A DNA stretch of 64,000 bases from Gemmatimonadota bacterium (GCA_037440225.1 JBBIUN010000013.1:10936-74935), one strand, 5' to 3'. Shown: positions 28,569 through 38,952, counted from the first letter of the stretch. Program-made: numbers and translations. Notes: generated from the letters alone by a model not told the origin.

Positions 28569-28886
28569 ATGGTTCGGCTGAGCACCGCCGAGCGCCGCCG
28601 CCTGACCCGGGTGGCCCGCGCCCTGGGGGACGAAACCCGCCTCCGGATCCTAGAACGGCTTTCGGCCGGCGAGCGCTGCGTGTGCGAACTCACCGGCGCC
28701 TTGGCAGCCGGCCAGTCGCGGCTCTCCTTCCACCTCAGGGTGCTGGGGGAGGCCGGCTTGGTCACCGCGCGCCGCGAAGGCCGTTGGATGTATTACGCCC
28801 TGAATTCTCAGCCGCTGGCCGCCCATGCGGCGCTGGTGGAACGCCTGGCGGCGCCGGCGCCCGCAACCCTGCCGGTGCTGGCGTAG
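28569..28886 (+). CDS. arsR: ArsR/SmtB-family metalloregulator
   Basis: LGDETRLRILERLSAGERCVCELTGALAAGQSRLSFHLRVL, with the CVC metal site in the HTH. Confidence 0.9.
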   Translation: MVRLSTAERRRLTRVARALGDETRLRILERLSAGERCVCELTGALAAGQSRLSFHLRVLGEAGLVTARREGRWMYYALNSQPLAAHAALVERLAAPAPATLPVLA

Positions 28887-28964
28887 GGGCGGAGCCTGAC
28901 GAGCCGAGGAGCGGACTCATCTATCAGCAATTCTTGATGCAATCGCTCTCGCCATGAGGACCTC

Positions 28965-29819
28965 ATGAGCCCCGATGACCTCAGGGAACTGATCCGCCAG
29001 CGGTACGCGGACCAAGCTCGCCGCGCGGCCCGCGGAAACGACGAGCCAGGCAGCACCTCCTCTGGCTGTTGCGCCTCGTCCGGGTGCTGCGGCTCCAGCG
29101 GTTGCAACGACCCGGTCACGGGAGAGCTGTACGCCGCGGATCAAGTCGCCGTGCTGCCGGAGGAAGCGGTGCGAGCCTCGTTGGGTTGCGGCAATCCCAC
29201 GGCACTGGCCGACCTGCGCCCCGGGGACGTGGTGCTCGATCTGGGCTCGGGAGGCGGCGCGGACGTCCTGCTGTCGGCCCGGCGGGTGGGGCCGAGCGGC
29301 AAGGCCTACGGCCTGGACATGACCGACGAGATGCTGGAGCTGGCTCGAGCCAGTGCCCGGAAGGCCGGGATCGAGAACGTGGAGTTCTTGAAGGGGGAGA
29401 TCGAACACATCCCGCTGCCCGACGAGTCGGTGGACGTCGTCATTTCCAACTGCGTGATCAACCTCTCGGCGGACAAGCGGCAGGTCTTGCACGAGGCTTA
29501 CCGAGTGCTGCGGCCTGGCGGCCGCTTCGCCGTCTCGGACGTGGTGGTGCAGGGGCCCTTGCCCGCACCGGTGCGCAGGAGCCTGGAACTGTGGGTAGGA
29601 TGCGTGGCGGGGGCCCTCGAAGTCGCCGAGTTCGAGAAGTTGCTCGCAGCGGCAGGATTCGAGGAGATCTCGATCGATCCGACCCGCATCTACCGTACCG
29701 AGGACGCCCGTAGCTTCCTCGCGAAGGCGGGACTGGCCGTGCTCTCGGGTGTCGAGGGGCGCCTCATGGCCGCCTTCGTGCGGGCCCGCAAGCCGGCCAC
29801 CGTGTCATCTCCCGCCTGA
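28965..29819 (+). CDS. arsM: Arsenite S-adenosylmethionine methyltransferase
   Basis: SAM motif VLDLGSGGG. Conserved Cys residues lie in [15 protein letters not shown] and WVGCVAGA. The N-terminal Cys cluster is [15 protein letters not shown]. Confidence 0.85.
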   Translation: MSPDDLRELIRQRYADQARRAARGNDEPGSTSSGCCASSGCCGSSGCNDPVTGELYAADQVAVLPEEAVRASLGCGNPTALADLRPGDVVLDLGSGGGADVLLSARRVGPSGKAYGLDMTDEMLELARASARKAGIENVEFLKGEIEHIPLPDESVDVVISNCVINLSADKRQVLHEAYRVLRPGGRFAVSDVVVQGPLPAPVRRSLELWVGCVAGALEVAEFEKLLAAAGFEEISIDPTRIYRTEDARSFLAKAGLAVLSGVEGRLMAAFVRARKPATVSSPA

Positions 29820-29855
29820 GCCGCCCTGCCGGATGGCAACCTTGCCAGCCGCCGG

Positions 29856-30581
29856 TCAGCGCTGCCGCCGCGCCAGGATCACCTCGAACAGGGCCGGCTG
29901 GACCGCAGCTTCGGTGAGCCCATGCGCCAGGATGACGGGCAGGAGGCTGCGGCCGGCCTCCACATAGAGCAGCGCGTACAGCCCGCCGAACGCGGTCGCC
30001 GTGCCGGCAATCGCCGCCGCCGCCTTGAAGGAGGCCGGCCGTGCCCCCGCTCCCCAGCCCAGCCGCGCCAGCCCGAAGAGCAGCGCCGAAGCCGCGATCT
30101 GCGGCGTCAGTCCCCACCCGCCCCAGGCCAACGCTGAAATCACGAACCCGCGAAAGACGATCTCTTCGCCGAAGCCGGCTCCCACCGCCGCCAGCAGGGC
30201 TCCGCTCGCCCGATAGGCGCTCCACTCGCGAAGCGTGGCGCTCCGGCGCAGGGGACCCGCCATCAGCGCGCCCCCGCCGGCCAGGCCGAGCGCCAAGGCG
30301 GCGCCCCACGCCTGCCAAGTGACCGGCCGGACCAGTCCCAGGTCCCGGAGGCTCAGCCCGGCGCGGAGCAGCAACGTGGCGATCAGCGTGACCGAGAGGG
30401 CCTGCCCGATGGCCGACCCCAACAAGTGGCGCGAGGCCCGGCCTCGGGTCGAGGGTTGTTCCACCGCGGGGGTAAGCCAGGCGGTTACCCGATCGCCGAT
30501 CCGCACCAGGAGCACGTAGGCGGCGGTGGCGCCCAACGCTAGCACCACGGCATTCAGGCCGCTCAATCCCAAGACCGCCAA
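29856..30581 (-). CDS. CPBP (CAAX) family intramembrane metalloprotease
   Basis: Carries GFGEEIVFRGF and a C-terminal H motif (VILAHGL). The proposed TTG 30579-30581 follows GAGGAA. The listed start 30764 overlaps the upstream gene. Confidence 0.7.
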   Translation of the reverse strand: MAVLGLSGLNAVVLALGATAAYVLLVRIGDRVTAWLTPAVEQPSTRGRASRHLLGSAIGQALSVTLIATLLLRAGLSLRDLGLVRPVTWQAWGAALALGLAGGGALMAGPLRRSATLREWSAYRASGALLAAVGAGFGEEIVFRGFVISALAWGGWGLTPQIAASALLFGLARLGWGAGARPASFKAAAAIAGTATAFGGLYALLYVEAGRSLLPVILAHGLTEAAVQPALFEVILARRQR

Positions 30582-30610
30582 TGGAGGGTTCCTCGTGCCG
30601 CCGGCCGGCC

Positions 30611-31213
30611 CTACCGCGGCCCCCCGAGCGCCACCCGCACCGAAATCGCCCCACGCAAATCCCCCACCGCATAGCCCGTCGCCCGATCCTCCGGATAGCG
30701 CTGCGCCAGCGCCTGCCGCACGTCCGGGCTGAAGGTCTCGGGATCGCCGTGACAGGGAAGACAACGCGGTTCCACCAGAATGGGGCGCAGGTACTGGAGC
30801 TGGTAACTGCCGTCCGCCCCTCGGACCACCTCCACTACCTCCGCCGGGAGTCGGCCCGCTCGGTGGGCGGCGGCCAGGCGCTCGAGTAGCTGCCGCTCGA
30901 TGGCATCCGGCGTGTCATCCACGTTCCGCACGCGATCGCTCACCCGCCGGACATACACCCCCGCACGCCAGTGGCGCAGGGTGCGCTGCTGCGCCGAGTC
31001 CGCACAGAAGCGAATCGCCAGGGCGGGACCTCCGCGATCCATCGCAGCACGCAAAAGCTCCCAGAGTTCGTCCCCTACCGAGTCCGCGACCGCTCGGGCC
31101 ACCGCCACGGCCTGCGAATCCGCCGGGGGGATCGCAGGAAGGTTCTCCCTGGCTCGCCGCCCGCACGACGTCCCCGCCAGGGCCAGGCCGAGCGCGAAGG
31201 CCCAACACCGCAT
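30611..31213 (-). CDS. DUF3365 haem-motif (CXXCH) periplasmic protein, lipoprotein-like
   Basis: MRCWAFALGLALAGTSCG signal. Carries YLRPILVEPRCLPCHG. Confidence 0.8.
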   Translation of the reverse strand: MRCWAFALGLALAGTSCGRRARENLPAIPPADSQAVAVARAVADSVGDELWELLRAAMDRGGPALAIRFCADSAQQRTLRHWRAGVYVRRVSDRVRNVDDTPDAIERQLLERLAAAHRAGRLPAEVVEVVRGADGSYQLQYLRPILVEPRCLPCHGDPETFSPDVRQALAQRYPEDRATGYAVGDLRGAISVRVALGGPR

Positions 31214-31285
31214 ACCGGCCCCCAACGTATCTCGGCGCTCTTTGGCGAAACCGTGAGACGCGGATGAAGCGCCCCACAAGCGTCT

Positions 31286-34200
31286 TCATGGAACCGCGAT
31301 GGCCTCGAGCTTGCCCGCCACGGCCCGGTTAAAGGCGGGCACCTCGCGCTCGACCAGCACCGCAAAGGCGGCCTGGGCCGCGGCCAGCTCGCGTTCCAGC
31401 CGATCCAAGGTGGCAAGCTCGGCGTCCGTGGGACGGTAGTCCGCTCCCCCGGCGACATCGGAGGCCCCGGTTCCCACCTCGCCCGCGAGCCACACTAGGT
31501 TGAGATACACCCGGTAGGCCTCCACGTACCACTTGTCGTCGCTGTGGAGTTCGGTGCGGGAAAGCAGCTTGAGTTCCACGTCCAGCATCTTCTGATCCAG
31601 CTCCCGCAGCGGCCGCACCAGCTCGCTCCGATCGGCGTGCGCTTTGAGCTGATCTTCGATCTGCTTGCGCATCCGCTCCAGCCGGTTGATGAGATCCACC
31701 GTGGCATTGATGTCGTCCCGGATCCGGATCTGGGTGGCGGTGGACAAGGCCAGGTCCGCGTCCGCCGAAGGAATGGTGGGATCCTTCAACACCACGAAGG
31801 CCTCCGTTGGAGAGTCTTCGCCCACCTTCAGGCGCACCGCGTACCGCCCGGGCAGGGCGAGCGGGCCCAGCCGCTGGGGACCCTGAATGCCCCAGTGCAC
31901 GACCGGCCTCGTCTCCTTCCCCTTGAAGCGGGCTTCCTCCCAAATGTGAGGGTTGTCGGGCGGGGTGGTCCGGAGTTCCACTTGGCGCGGGCCGTCGTAG
32001 CGCAGGTCCCAGACGACCCGATTCATCCCTGCGCGAGCGCGCGCCCGCAGGGTGCGGATCACGGCCCCGGTCGAATCCAACACCTCGAGCGTCACCGAGT
32101 CCGCAGGCTGCGCGCCGAGTTCGAAGGTGAAGAGCGCCTGGCCGCTCCGGGCCTCGCGGTAGCCCGCCGCGGGAGCGAAAAGCCGGTGGCCGCCGGCACC
32201 CGCCGCGCGATCGCGCTGCTCCAGCGGGGTGATATCGCGCAAGACGTACAGGCCCCGCCCGTAGGTCGAGACCACCACATCGTGGAACGGCTTGGACACC
32301 TCGATCCAGGTGACCGGTGCGGCGGGCAGCCCCTCCGCAAAGCGGGTCCAATGGGTACCATCGTCCAGCGAGTAGTAGAACCCCCGCCCGGTGCCGGCCA
32401 ACAACATCCCCCGCCGGTTGGGATTCTCGGCCACGGTGAGGACGTAGTCCAAAGGATGGCCGGACGGCAGATCCCCGCTGACCCGCGTCCAAGTGCGACC
32501 CAAATCCGCGGTCTTGTAAATGAACGGATCCCGCTGGTCCATCAGGTGGTAGTCCACCGCGACGTAGGCCGTGTTGGGATCGAAGCGCGAGGGTTCGATC
32601 CGCCGAATGGTACCCCAGGGGGGAAGATCCTTGAGATTGGCGGTCACATCGTTCCAGGTGGCACCCCCGTCGGCGGTGTACCAGACCTTGCCGTCGTTGG
32701 TCCCGGCCCAGATGAGCCCGCGCTGGATTTCCGACGGGGCGATGGCGAAGACCACCTCCCCATAGAACTGGCCCAGGTTGTCGCCGATGATCCCGCCCGA
32801 CGACACGATCCGCGACGGGTCCCGGGTGGAAAGGTCCGGGCTGATCACGCTCCAGCTCTGGCCGCCGTTGATGGTCTTGAAGATGACCTGGCAGCCGTAG
32901 TACACCGTGTTGAAATCGAAGGGATCGAGCGCGAGCGGCGGCGTCCAGTGACAGCGATACTGGAGCACGTCGGGCGGGGAGTCCAAGGTATGCATCCACG
33001 GACTCACCGACCGGGCGTGCCCCAGCCGGGCATCGTACCGCGTCACCTTGTTCCCATAGCAGGTGGCCCAAACGATGTCCGGATTCGAGGGGTCGGGCAG
33101 GGTGAAGCCCGATTCACAGCCGCCCAAGCCTGCCTCCCATCGGCTCCCGCCGCCCTCGCCGAAGCCGCCGAAGCCCCCAAACCCTCCGCCCGGCCCGCGG
33201 TAGCGGGGCACATTGGGCACGGGAACCGGCGCATTGGTGGGACCTCGCATGGTCCCGTCGTCCTGGCGATTGCTGTAGATCCAATAGGGAATGCGGCGAT
33301 CGATCGCCACGTGATACATCTGCCCGATGGGCAGCGTGAACTGGGTGAACGTCTTGCCGTGGTCGCGGGTGAAGCCGGCTCCGCCGTCCCCGGTGACCGC
33401 CCACCGGTCGGGATTGGTGGGATCCATCCAGATGTCGTGACAATCCCCGCAGCCGCGGTCCTGATTGGGGAAGGTGAGACCGCCGTCGGTGGACCGGTGA
33501 AACGTGCTGTTGGCCACCAGCACCTCGTCGGCGTTCGCGGGGTTCACCTCGACCCGGATGTAATAGCCGGCCCGGCCGATCAGCCGGCGATCCCAACTGA
33601 CCACTCTCCACGACGCCCCGCCGTCGTCCGAGCGCCAGAGCGAGCCCTGATTGGCCGTCTGGATCAAGGCATACACCCGCTTGGGATCGGACCGGGCGAC
33701 CGCGACGTCAACCTTGCCCACCGGCGGCCGCGGCAGGCCGTTCTCCAGCCGCCGCCAGGTGGTGCCGCCGTCGCGCGAGACGTAGACCCCGCTTCCCGGC
33801 CCCCCGCTGAACATGGCCCAGGTGTGCATCACCACTTCCCAGGTTCCGGCGAACAGCACCTTGGGGTCGCTGGGATCCAGGGCGAGGCCGGAGCAGCCGG
33901 TATTGGGATTGACGAACAGCACCCGCTCCCAGGTGCGCCCGCCATCCCGCGTCCGATAGACCCCGCGCTCCTGCTGCGGCCCGGTGGTGCGCCCCAGCGC
34001 GCACACGAAGACGATGTCGGGGTCGGTGGGGTGGATCACGATGCGCCCGATGCGCCCCGTCTCCCTGAGCCCCATGTTGGTCCACGTGGCTCCCCCGTCG
34101 GTGGACTTGTACACGCCGTCGCCCATGACATCCGAGTCTCGGATGGCCCAGGCCTCGCCCGTCCCCGCCCACACGATCTTGGGGTCGGAGGGAGCCACGG

Positions 34201-34477
34201 CCAGGGCGCCGATCGCCTGCACCGGCTGGTCGTCGAACACGGGCGTCCAGGTGCGCGCGGCGTCGGTGCTCTTCCAGACGCCGCCGGACGCGGCGCCCAC
34301 GTAGTAGGTCGAGGGATCTCCCGGCACACCGGCGATGGCGGCGATCCGCCCCCCGCTCGGCGGGCCCACGTACTCGAAGCGGAAGGGATTGCGAGGTGGG
34401 GGCGTGGTGTCGCTGCGCTGCTGCGCCGCGAGCGGCGCACTCCAGCACCAGACCGCGATCAACAGGGCGATGCGCAT
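31286..34477 (-). CDS. Secreted BNR/Asp-box repeat (sortilin/VPS10-like) protein, 1063 aa
   Basis: Repeated SxDxGxTW boxes (KSTDAARTW, KSTDGGATW, RTRDGGRTW, VSRDGGTTW, RSDDGGASW). ATG 34475-34477 follows GGAGAG. Signal peptide is MRIALLIAVWCWSAPLAAQQ. Confidence 0.9.
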   Translation of the reverse strand: MRIALLIAVWCWSAPLAAQQRSDTTPPPRNPFRFEYVGPPSGGRIAAIAGVPGDPSTYYVGAASGGVWKSTDAARTWTPVFDDQPVQAIGALAVAPSDPKIVWAGTGEAWAIRDSDVMGDGVYKSTDGGATWTNMGLRETGRIGRIVIHPTDPDIVFVCALGRTTGPQQERGVYRTRDGGRTWERVLFVNPNTGCSGLALDPSDPKVLFAGTWEVVMHTWAMFSGGPGSGVYVSRDGGTTWRRLENGLPRPPVGKVDVAVARSDPKRVYALIQTANQGSLWRSDDGGASWRVVSWDRRLIGRAGYYIRVEVNPANADEVLVANSTFHRSTDGGLTFPNQDRGCGDCHDIWMDPTNPDRWAVTGDGGAGFTRDHGKTFTQFTLPIGQMYHVAIDRRIPYWIYSNRQDDGTMRGPTNAPVPVPNVPRYRGPGGGFGGFGGFGEGGGSRWEAGLGGCESGFTLPDPSNPDIVWATCYGNKVTRYDARLGHARSVSPWMHTLDSPPDVLQYRCHWTPPLALDPFDFNTVYYGCQVIFKTINGGQSWSVISPDLSTRDPSRIVSSGGIIGDNLGQFYGEVVFAIAPSEIQRGLIWAGTNDGKVWYTADGGATWNDVTANLKDLPPWGTIRRIEPSRFDPNTAYVAVDYHLMDQRDPFIYKTADLGRTWTRVSGDLPSGHPLDYVLTVAENPNRRGMLLAGTGRGFYYSLDDGTHWTRFAEGLPAAPVTWIEVSKPFHDVVVSTYGRGLYVLRDITPLEQRDRAAGAGGHRLFAPAAGYREARSGQALFTFELGAQPADSVTLEVLDSTGAVIRTLRARARAGMNRVVWDLRYDGPRQVELRTTPPDNPHIWEEARFKGKETRPVVHWGIQGPQRLGPLALPGRYAVRLKVGEDSPTEAFVVLKDPTIPSADADLALSTATQIRIRDDINATVDLINRLERMRKQIEDQLKAHADRSELVRPLRELDQKMLDVELKLLSRTELHSDDKWYVEAYRVYLNLVWLAGEVGTGASDVAGGADYRPTDAELATLDRLERELAAAQAAFAVLVEREVPAFNRAVAGKLEAIAVP

Positions 34478-34639
34478 CGGCGGTTGCTCTCCGTGCTCAG
34501 GAACAGGATGCGGGTACGTACGCGCGTACCGGCGTCGGCCCCCGCTGGCCGACGCCGTCGCTCCCGAATGGTCCGATACGGCACGACGGGCAGCAAGGCC
34601 AAAGTCCCAACGAAGCATAGGCTGGCAGCACTGCGGCAG

Positions 34640-35530
34640 CTAGTCGGGCCGCGCTCCAGCCCTGAGCGGTGCCTCGGCGAACCCGCGCAGCGCCTTGAGC
34701 CACTGGCGAGTCATGATCTCGAGCGCCCGCCTCCCCTTGGCCGCGCTGGCCAAGGTGGGATCCCCCGACACCCCGCTTCGGGAAAAGGCGGGGTCCGCCG
34801 CATCGCGGGAAAACTGGCCCGGCTGATAGCCGGGGTAGTCTTTTCGCACCGCGCCGCCGTAATCGGCCGCGGCTCGCTCCAAGTGCACCAGCTCGGGCTG
34901 CAAGTACAGACTGATCGAGGTTTCGATCTCGTCGGCGTGGCCGCCAGCTCGCTGCTGCTGGAGCGCCCGGTATTCCGGCGTCTCCAGGTCGTCCCAAGAA
35001 ACCACCAGTGTCGGCGTCCCGGTCGCTGCGCGAATCTCCCGCGCCACGATGGACAGCGGCAGTCCGGTGGCCGTCGCAATCCCGGTATTGAGAAACACCA
35101 ATCGCTTGGCCCCTTGCCGCACCAAGGACTGGGAGATCTCCCGCACGTACTCGATGAACACGCTGGGGTCCGCCACCTCCGTCCCCGGAAAGTCCCGGAA
35201 CGCAGGGAACCAGCCGTGGAGGATGGGCGGCGCCGCGATCACCGGCAGTGAGTCCACCGCCACGCGCACCAGGTACTCCAGCACCTTGGCATCGGCGTTC
35301 ATGGGTAGGTGGGGCCCGTGCTCCTTCGCCCCGGCGCCAAAGGGCACGATCACGAGCGGCGCCTGCCGGAGCCGCTGTTCCGCCTCCGGCCAGGCAAGGT
35401 CGCCCAGGTAGGCCCCGCGCACTTGGGCGACAAGCGACCAGGGCAGAGCGCTGTCCAGCACCAGCACCGCCAGCGCTATGCGCCAACGGCGGCATCCAGC
35501 GAGTGCGAGCCTAGGCCTTCGCGACGGCAT
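34640..35530 (-). CDS. Creatininase (creatinine amidohydrolase) family protein
   Basis: ATG 35528-35530 follows GAGGAGG. Carries PLVIVPFGAGAKEHGPHLPMNAD...HADEIETS. Confidence 0.85.
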   Translation of the reverse strand: MPSRRPRLALAGCRRWRIALAVLVLDSALPWSLVAQVRGAYLGDLAWPEAEQRLRQAPLVIVPFGAGAKEHGPHLPMNADAKVLEYLVRVAVDSLPVIAAPPILHGWFPAFRDFPGTEVADPSVFIEYVREISQSLVRQGAKRLVFLNTGIATATGLPLSIVAREIRAATGTPTLVVSWDDLETPEYRALQQQRAGGHADEIETSISLYLQPELVHLERAAADYGGAVRKDYPGYQPGQFSRDAADPAFSRSGVSGDPTLASAAKGRRALEIMTRQWLKALRGFAEAPLRAGARPD

Positions 35531-35541
35531 CTGGGGCCTCC

Positions 35542-35982
35542 TCAACGCAGGGGATCTTCCGCCCGCAGCACCCAGGCGCTCTCGTGCTTGGTGAACCCCA
35601 AGCGCGGGTAATATCCCACAGCCTTGGGTGCCGCGAGCAGCACGATCTTGGCATGCGGGCTCATCTGCTCCCGCGTCCGGCGAATCAGCTCCCGGCCGAT
35701 CCCCCGCGACCAATGCGATTGGCGCACCGCCAAGTCGGAGAGGTAGCCCACGTAGGTGAAGTCCGTGAGCGTCCGCGCAATCCCCACCAGCACATCGCCA
35801 TCCCACGCCGTGACCACCAAGTTGGCGTGCGCCAGCATCCGGGCCATGCGCGCGCGATCGTCCACCGGCCGCCGCTCTCCCAGCGTCGAGGCGCGATACA
35901 GCTCGATCAGTTGATCTACGTCCAGGTCGTTGCCCACGCGATACGCGATCGAGCCCGCCAGCGCCGGCATCCCCGGTTTCAT
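35542..35982 (-). CDS. GNAT family N-acetyltransferase
   Basis: Acetyl-CoA motif VRQSHWSRGIGRELI. The start is uncertain. Listed TTG 36018 lies inside a strong hairpin. Confidence 0.75.
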   Translation of the reverse strand: MKPGMPALAGSIAYRVGNDLDVDQLIELYRASTLGERRPVDDRARMARMLAHANLVVTAWDGDVLVGIARTLTDFTYVGYLSDLAVRQSHWSRGIGRELIRRTREQMSPHAKIVLLAAPKAVGYYPRLGFTKHESAWVLRAEDPLR

Positions 35983-36012
35983 GGCTGCGATATTGCGAGT
36001 CGGGCCGCGCCG

Positions 36013-36037
36013 CCGCAAGCGCCCCTTCCGCTTGCGG
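36013..36037 (-). terminator. Strong hairpin (9-bp stem CCGCAAGCG / CGCTTGCGG, 7-nt loop) downstream of the MFS gene
   Basis: Read directly. There is no U-tract, so this is a terminator-like structure only. Confidence 0.35.
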
Positions 36038-36126
36038 GTCCGGTGCGCAGCCGGCGCCGTCGTCCTCGCAGACCAGCGCTCCGGCGAAGCGCTCGACCCC
36101 GCGGCGCAAACGCCGCGGCACCGCCT

Positions 36127-37416
36127 TCAAGAGCCGCTGCCGGCTGCCGCGATGCCCCGCCGCTCGTTCACCCAGAGGAGCAGCAAGCCGCCCGCCACGA
36201 AAAACCCGATCACAGTCGCCATGCCCGCCCGCTGCGAATCCGCCATTTGGGCCACCGCGCCTAACGCCGCCGGCCCGAGAAACGAGGTGATCTTGCCGGA
36301 AAGCTGAAAGAACCCGAAGAACTCGCTGCGATGCGCGGGCGGGGCGAACCGGCCCATGAGCGACCGGCTGGCCGCCTGGTTGGGGCCTCCGAACAAGCCG
36401 ATCAACACGCCTGCCGCCCACAACCAGCCCTTGCTGGGCGCCCACACGCCCAGGCCCGCGGCCGCGGCCAGCGCCACCAGCGAGACCAGCACGGTCTTCT
36501 TGCCGCCGATCTTGTCGTCCACGAACCCGAAGGCCAGGGCACCGAGCCCCGCCACCACGTTGAGCACGATGCCGAAGACGATGATCTCGGAAAACGCCAT
36601 GTGGAACGTGCCGGCCGCGTAGATGCCGCCGAAGGCAAAGACGGTGATCAACCCGTCGTTGTACACCAGATGCGCCATCAGGAACTTGACCACTTCCCCA
36701 TAGCGCCGGAGGTGACTCAGCGTCTGCCGCAGTTCATCGAGCGTCCCGGCCAAGTCGAAGTGCCTCCCGGGCACGGGCCGCTCCGCCACGAACAGGAACA
36801 ACGGCACGCTGAACAGCCCGAACCAACCGGCCACCAGGAGATTGGTGGCCCGGACGTTGGACCCGTCCGCCTTGGAGATACCGAACCACGGCGCCTCCGG
36901 CTGGACGAAGCCGACCAAGGCCAGCACCAGGCACACCAGGCCGCCCACGTACCCCAGCCCCCAGCCGTAGCCCGACACGCGGCCGATGCGTTCCGGAGAC
37001 GCGATGGTGGGCAAGAACGAGTTGTAGAACACCATGCCCAGCTCGAAACCCACGTTGCCCACCACGAAGATCGCGAGCGCCAGCCCCACGGCGTGCGGCA
37101 TCCCAGGCTTGACGAACGCCAGCGCCGCACTGGCTGCGACACCCAGCAGGGTGGTCGCCGCGAGGTAGCGCTTGCGCCGGTTTCCCCGATCCGCGGCGGC
37201 CCCGAGCACCGGCGACAGCAAGCCGACCAGCACCGCCGAGGCCGCTACCGCCCGCGACCACAGCGCGGTGCCGGTGACTGGGTCGGGGGCAATGGCTTGG
37301 GTGAAATAGGTGGAGTAAACGAACGTGACCACCAGCGTGGTGAACGCCGAGTTGGCCCAATCGAACAAACACCAGGAAAAGATCGTCCTGGGATCGTCCC
37401 GCCCCGGCCCGCTCAT
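36127..37416 (-). CDS. MFS transporter (UMF1 / Atg22-like family)
   Basis: 429 aa with about 12 TM helices. The N-terminus IFSWCLFDWANSAFTTLVVTFVYSTYF is typical of this family. Confidence 0.85.
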   Translation of the reverse strand: MSGPGRDDPRTIFSWCLFDWANSAFTTLVVTFVYSTYFTQAIAPDPVTGTALWSRAVAASAVLVGLLSPVLGAAADRGNRRKRYLAATTLLGVAASAALAFVKPGMPHAVGLALAIFVVGNVGFELGMVFYNSFLPTIASPERIGRVSGYGWGLGYVGGLVCLVLALVGFVQPEAPWFGISKADGSNVRATNLLVAGWFGLFSVPLFLFVAERPVPGRHFDLAGTLDELRQTLSHLRRYGEVVKFLMAHLVYNDGLITVFAFGGIYAAGTFHMAFSEIIVFGIVLNVVAGLGALAFGFVDDKIGGKKTVLVSLVALAAAAGLGVWAPSKGWLWAAGVLIGLFGGPNQAASRSLMGRFAPPAHRSEFFGFFQLSGKITSFLGPAALGAVAQMADSQRAGMATVIGFFVAGGLLLLWVNERRGIAAAGSGS

Positions 37417-37480
37417 GGGCCGGCTCCACCTCCCCGAGCCCGCGCGCGCTCCGGAACCCCCCGGTCCCCCGGCCGGGCGC

Positions 37481-38449
37481 TCACTTCGCGGCCAGCTCGC
37501 GGGCCCAGGCCTGGAACGCCACCCGGAAGTACTGAGGAGAGAACATCACCCAGTCGCTCAACGCCGCGGGGAGCCGGTAGGCATCCGCCGCTTGCTCGAC
37601 CGGCATTCCCGCGGCCAGCGCAGCCCGGGCCTTGGATTCGACGTCGTCCAACAGGGCGAGGCAGCGCTCCACCGCCCGGCGATCGGCCAGCTCGCCGTGA
37701 CCGGGCACGTAGATCGCCTCCCCCGCGCCGAGCAAGTCCCGGACGCTCGCGGCTTGCTTGGAGGGCGTGGCGTCCCGGTAGTTGGGGAACATGCCGTTCC
37801 ACACCAGGTCGCCGCAAAAGACCACGTGGGGCTCGACCACTTCCAAGGTGACGTCGCTCGGCGTGTGCCCCGAACGCGGCGTCAGGCGGACTTCGCGCCC
37901 GCCTAAATCCAGGCGCGTGGCTTCCCCCTCCGCAATCGTGGCCTCCGGCAACGATCCCTGGCTTTGGAGAAGCGCGCGGGTAGTTGGCGTCGAACGCACC
38001 GCCATCCGCTCCGTCGCGCTCGCGTAGGCGGGAATGCCCGTGGTGTGGTCGCCGTGAAAGTGCGTGACCACGGCAAGGGTAGGTGGCCGGCCGGTCAACT
38101 GCTTGGCCGCCTGCGCCAGCCAGCTCGCTCCCTCGGGGGTGGCGAAGGCTTCGAGCACCAGCACCTCCGAGCGGCCGGCGATGATCCCGCCGTTGCACAC
38201 CGTGCGCCACGTCTCGCTTCCCCGCGGGCCGGCGAGCGGCGTGGAGATCACCGCCCACACGCCGGGACCCAGCTCTTCGATGCGAGCCCAGGGTTCGATC
38301 AGAACCACGCGACCCAAGGCCGGAGCGGCGAACAACCGCCGCGCTACCCCGTAGCCGGCCGACATCCAGAGCAGGTGCGCCGCACACCCGCCGACGCTCC
38401 CTAAGAAGCTGCGCCGGCTGAGGCCGGCCGGCGAACCGCTTCGTCGCAT
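37481..38449 (-). CDS. MBL-fold metallo-hydrolase with Tat-like signal
   Basis: ATG 38447-38449 follows AGGAGG. Carries SRRSFLGSVGG and the HxHxDH motif (THFHGDHTTG). Confidence 0.85.
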   Translation of the reverse strand: MRRSGSPAGLSRRSFLGSVGGCAAHLLWMSAGYGVARRLFAAPALGRVVLIEPWARIEELGPGVWAVISTPLAGPRGSETWRTVCNGGIIAGRSEVLVLEAFATPEGASWLAQAAKQLTGRPPTLAVVTHFHGDHTTGIPAYASATERMAVRSTPTTRALLQSQGSLPEATIAEGEATRLDLGGREVRLTPRSGHTPSDVTLEVVEPHVVFCGDLVWNGMFPNYRDATPSKQAASVRDLLGAGEAIYVPGHGELADRRAVERCLALLDDVESKARAALAAGMPVEQAADAYRLPAALSDWVMFSPQYFRVAFQAWARELAAK

Positions 38450-38952
38450 ACCGCCTCCTGGTTCATCGCGAGGGGGGCAGTTAGGCTCGGCTGAGCCGCA
38501 GCTACGCTCACCCGCCCGAACCCGCCCAAGCTGCTCCATCGCATCCTCGGCGTCAACCCGATTGGTGTCGCCCGCAATTTCACCACCGCGCCAGGGACGC
38601 TGCTCAGCCTCGCGTCTGCAGCCCGCGCTTCCGTGGGGCCTGGGTTTGGCGTACCTGGCCACCCCGGAGCGCGGCTCCACCTGCAACGCGCCGCCCTGCG
38701 GCGACCCCAACCAGCACCGCGAACTGTACCTGACGGCAGCGCGGCGCCTTGTCCATCCGCTTCGAGTCAGTCATGCGCCAGGCGCGGTGCGGCTGACGGT
38801 TGGTGCTCCCCCGGTGCTCCAGCCGCAGCAGCTGACCGCCGGTGCTCACGCCCCCTCCGGAGTCACGCCGCGCCGGGACCTGACGAGCCGCGGTTGCGAC
38901 GCCGCAGTTGCGCCGCATAATTGAACGTCCTGTCTCGGTCTGGATGCCGACC

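Noticed and set aside
32590-32603. GGTTCGATCC, a tRNA T-loop-like string.
   Set aside because: The flanks cannot form a T-stem or acceptor stem. It lies inside the well-supported BNR-repeat gene.
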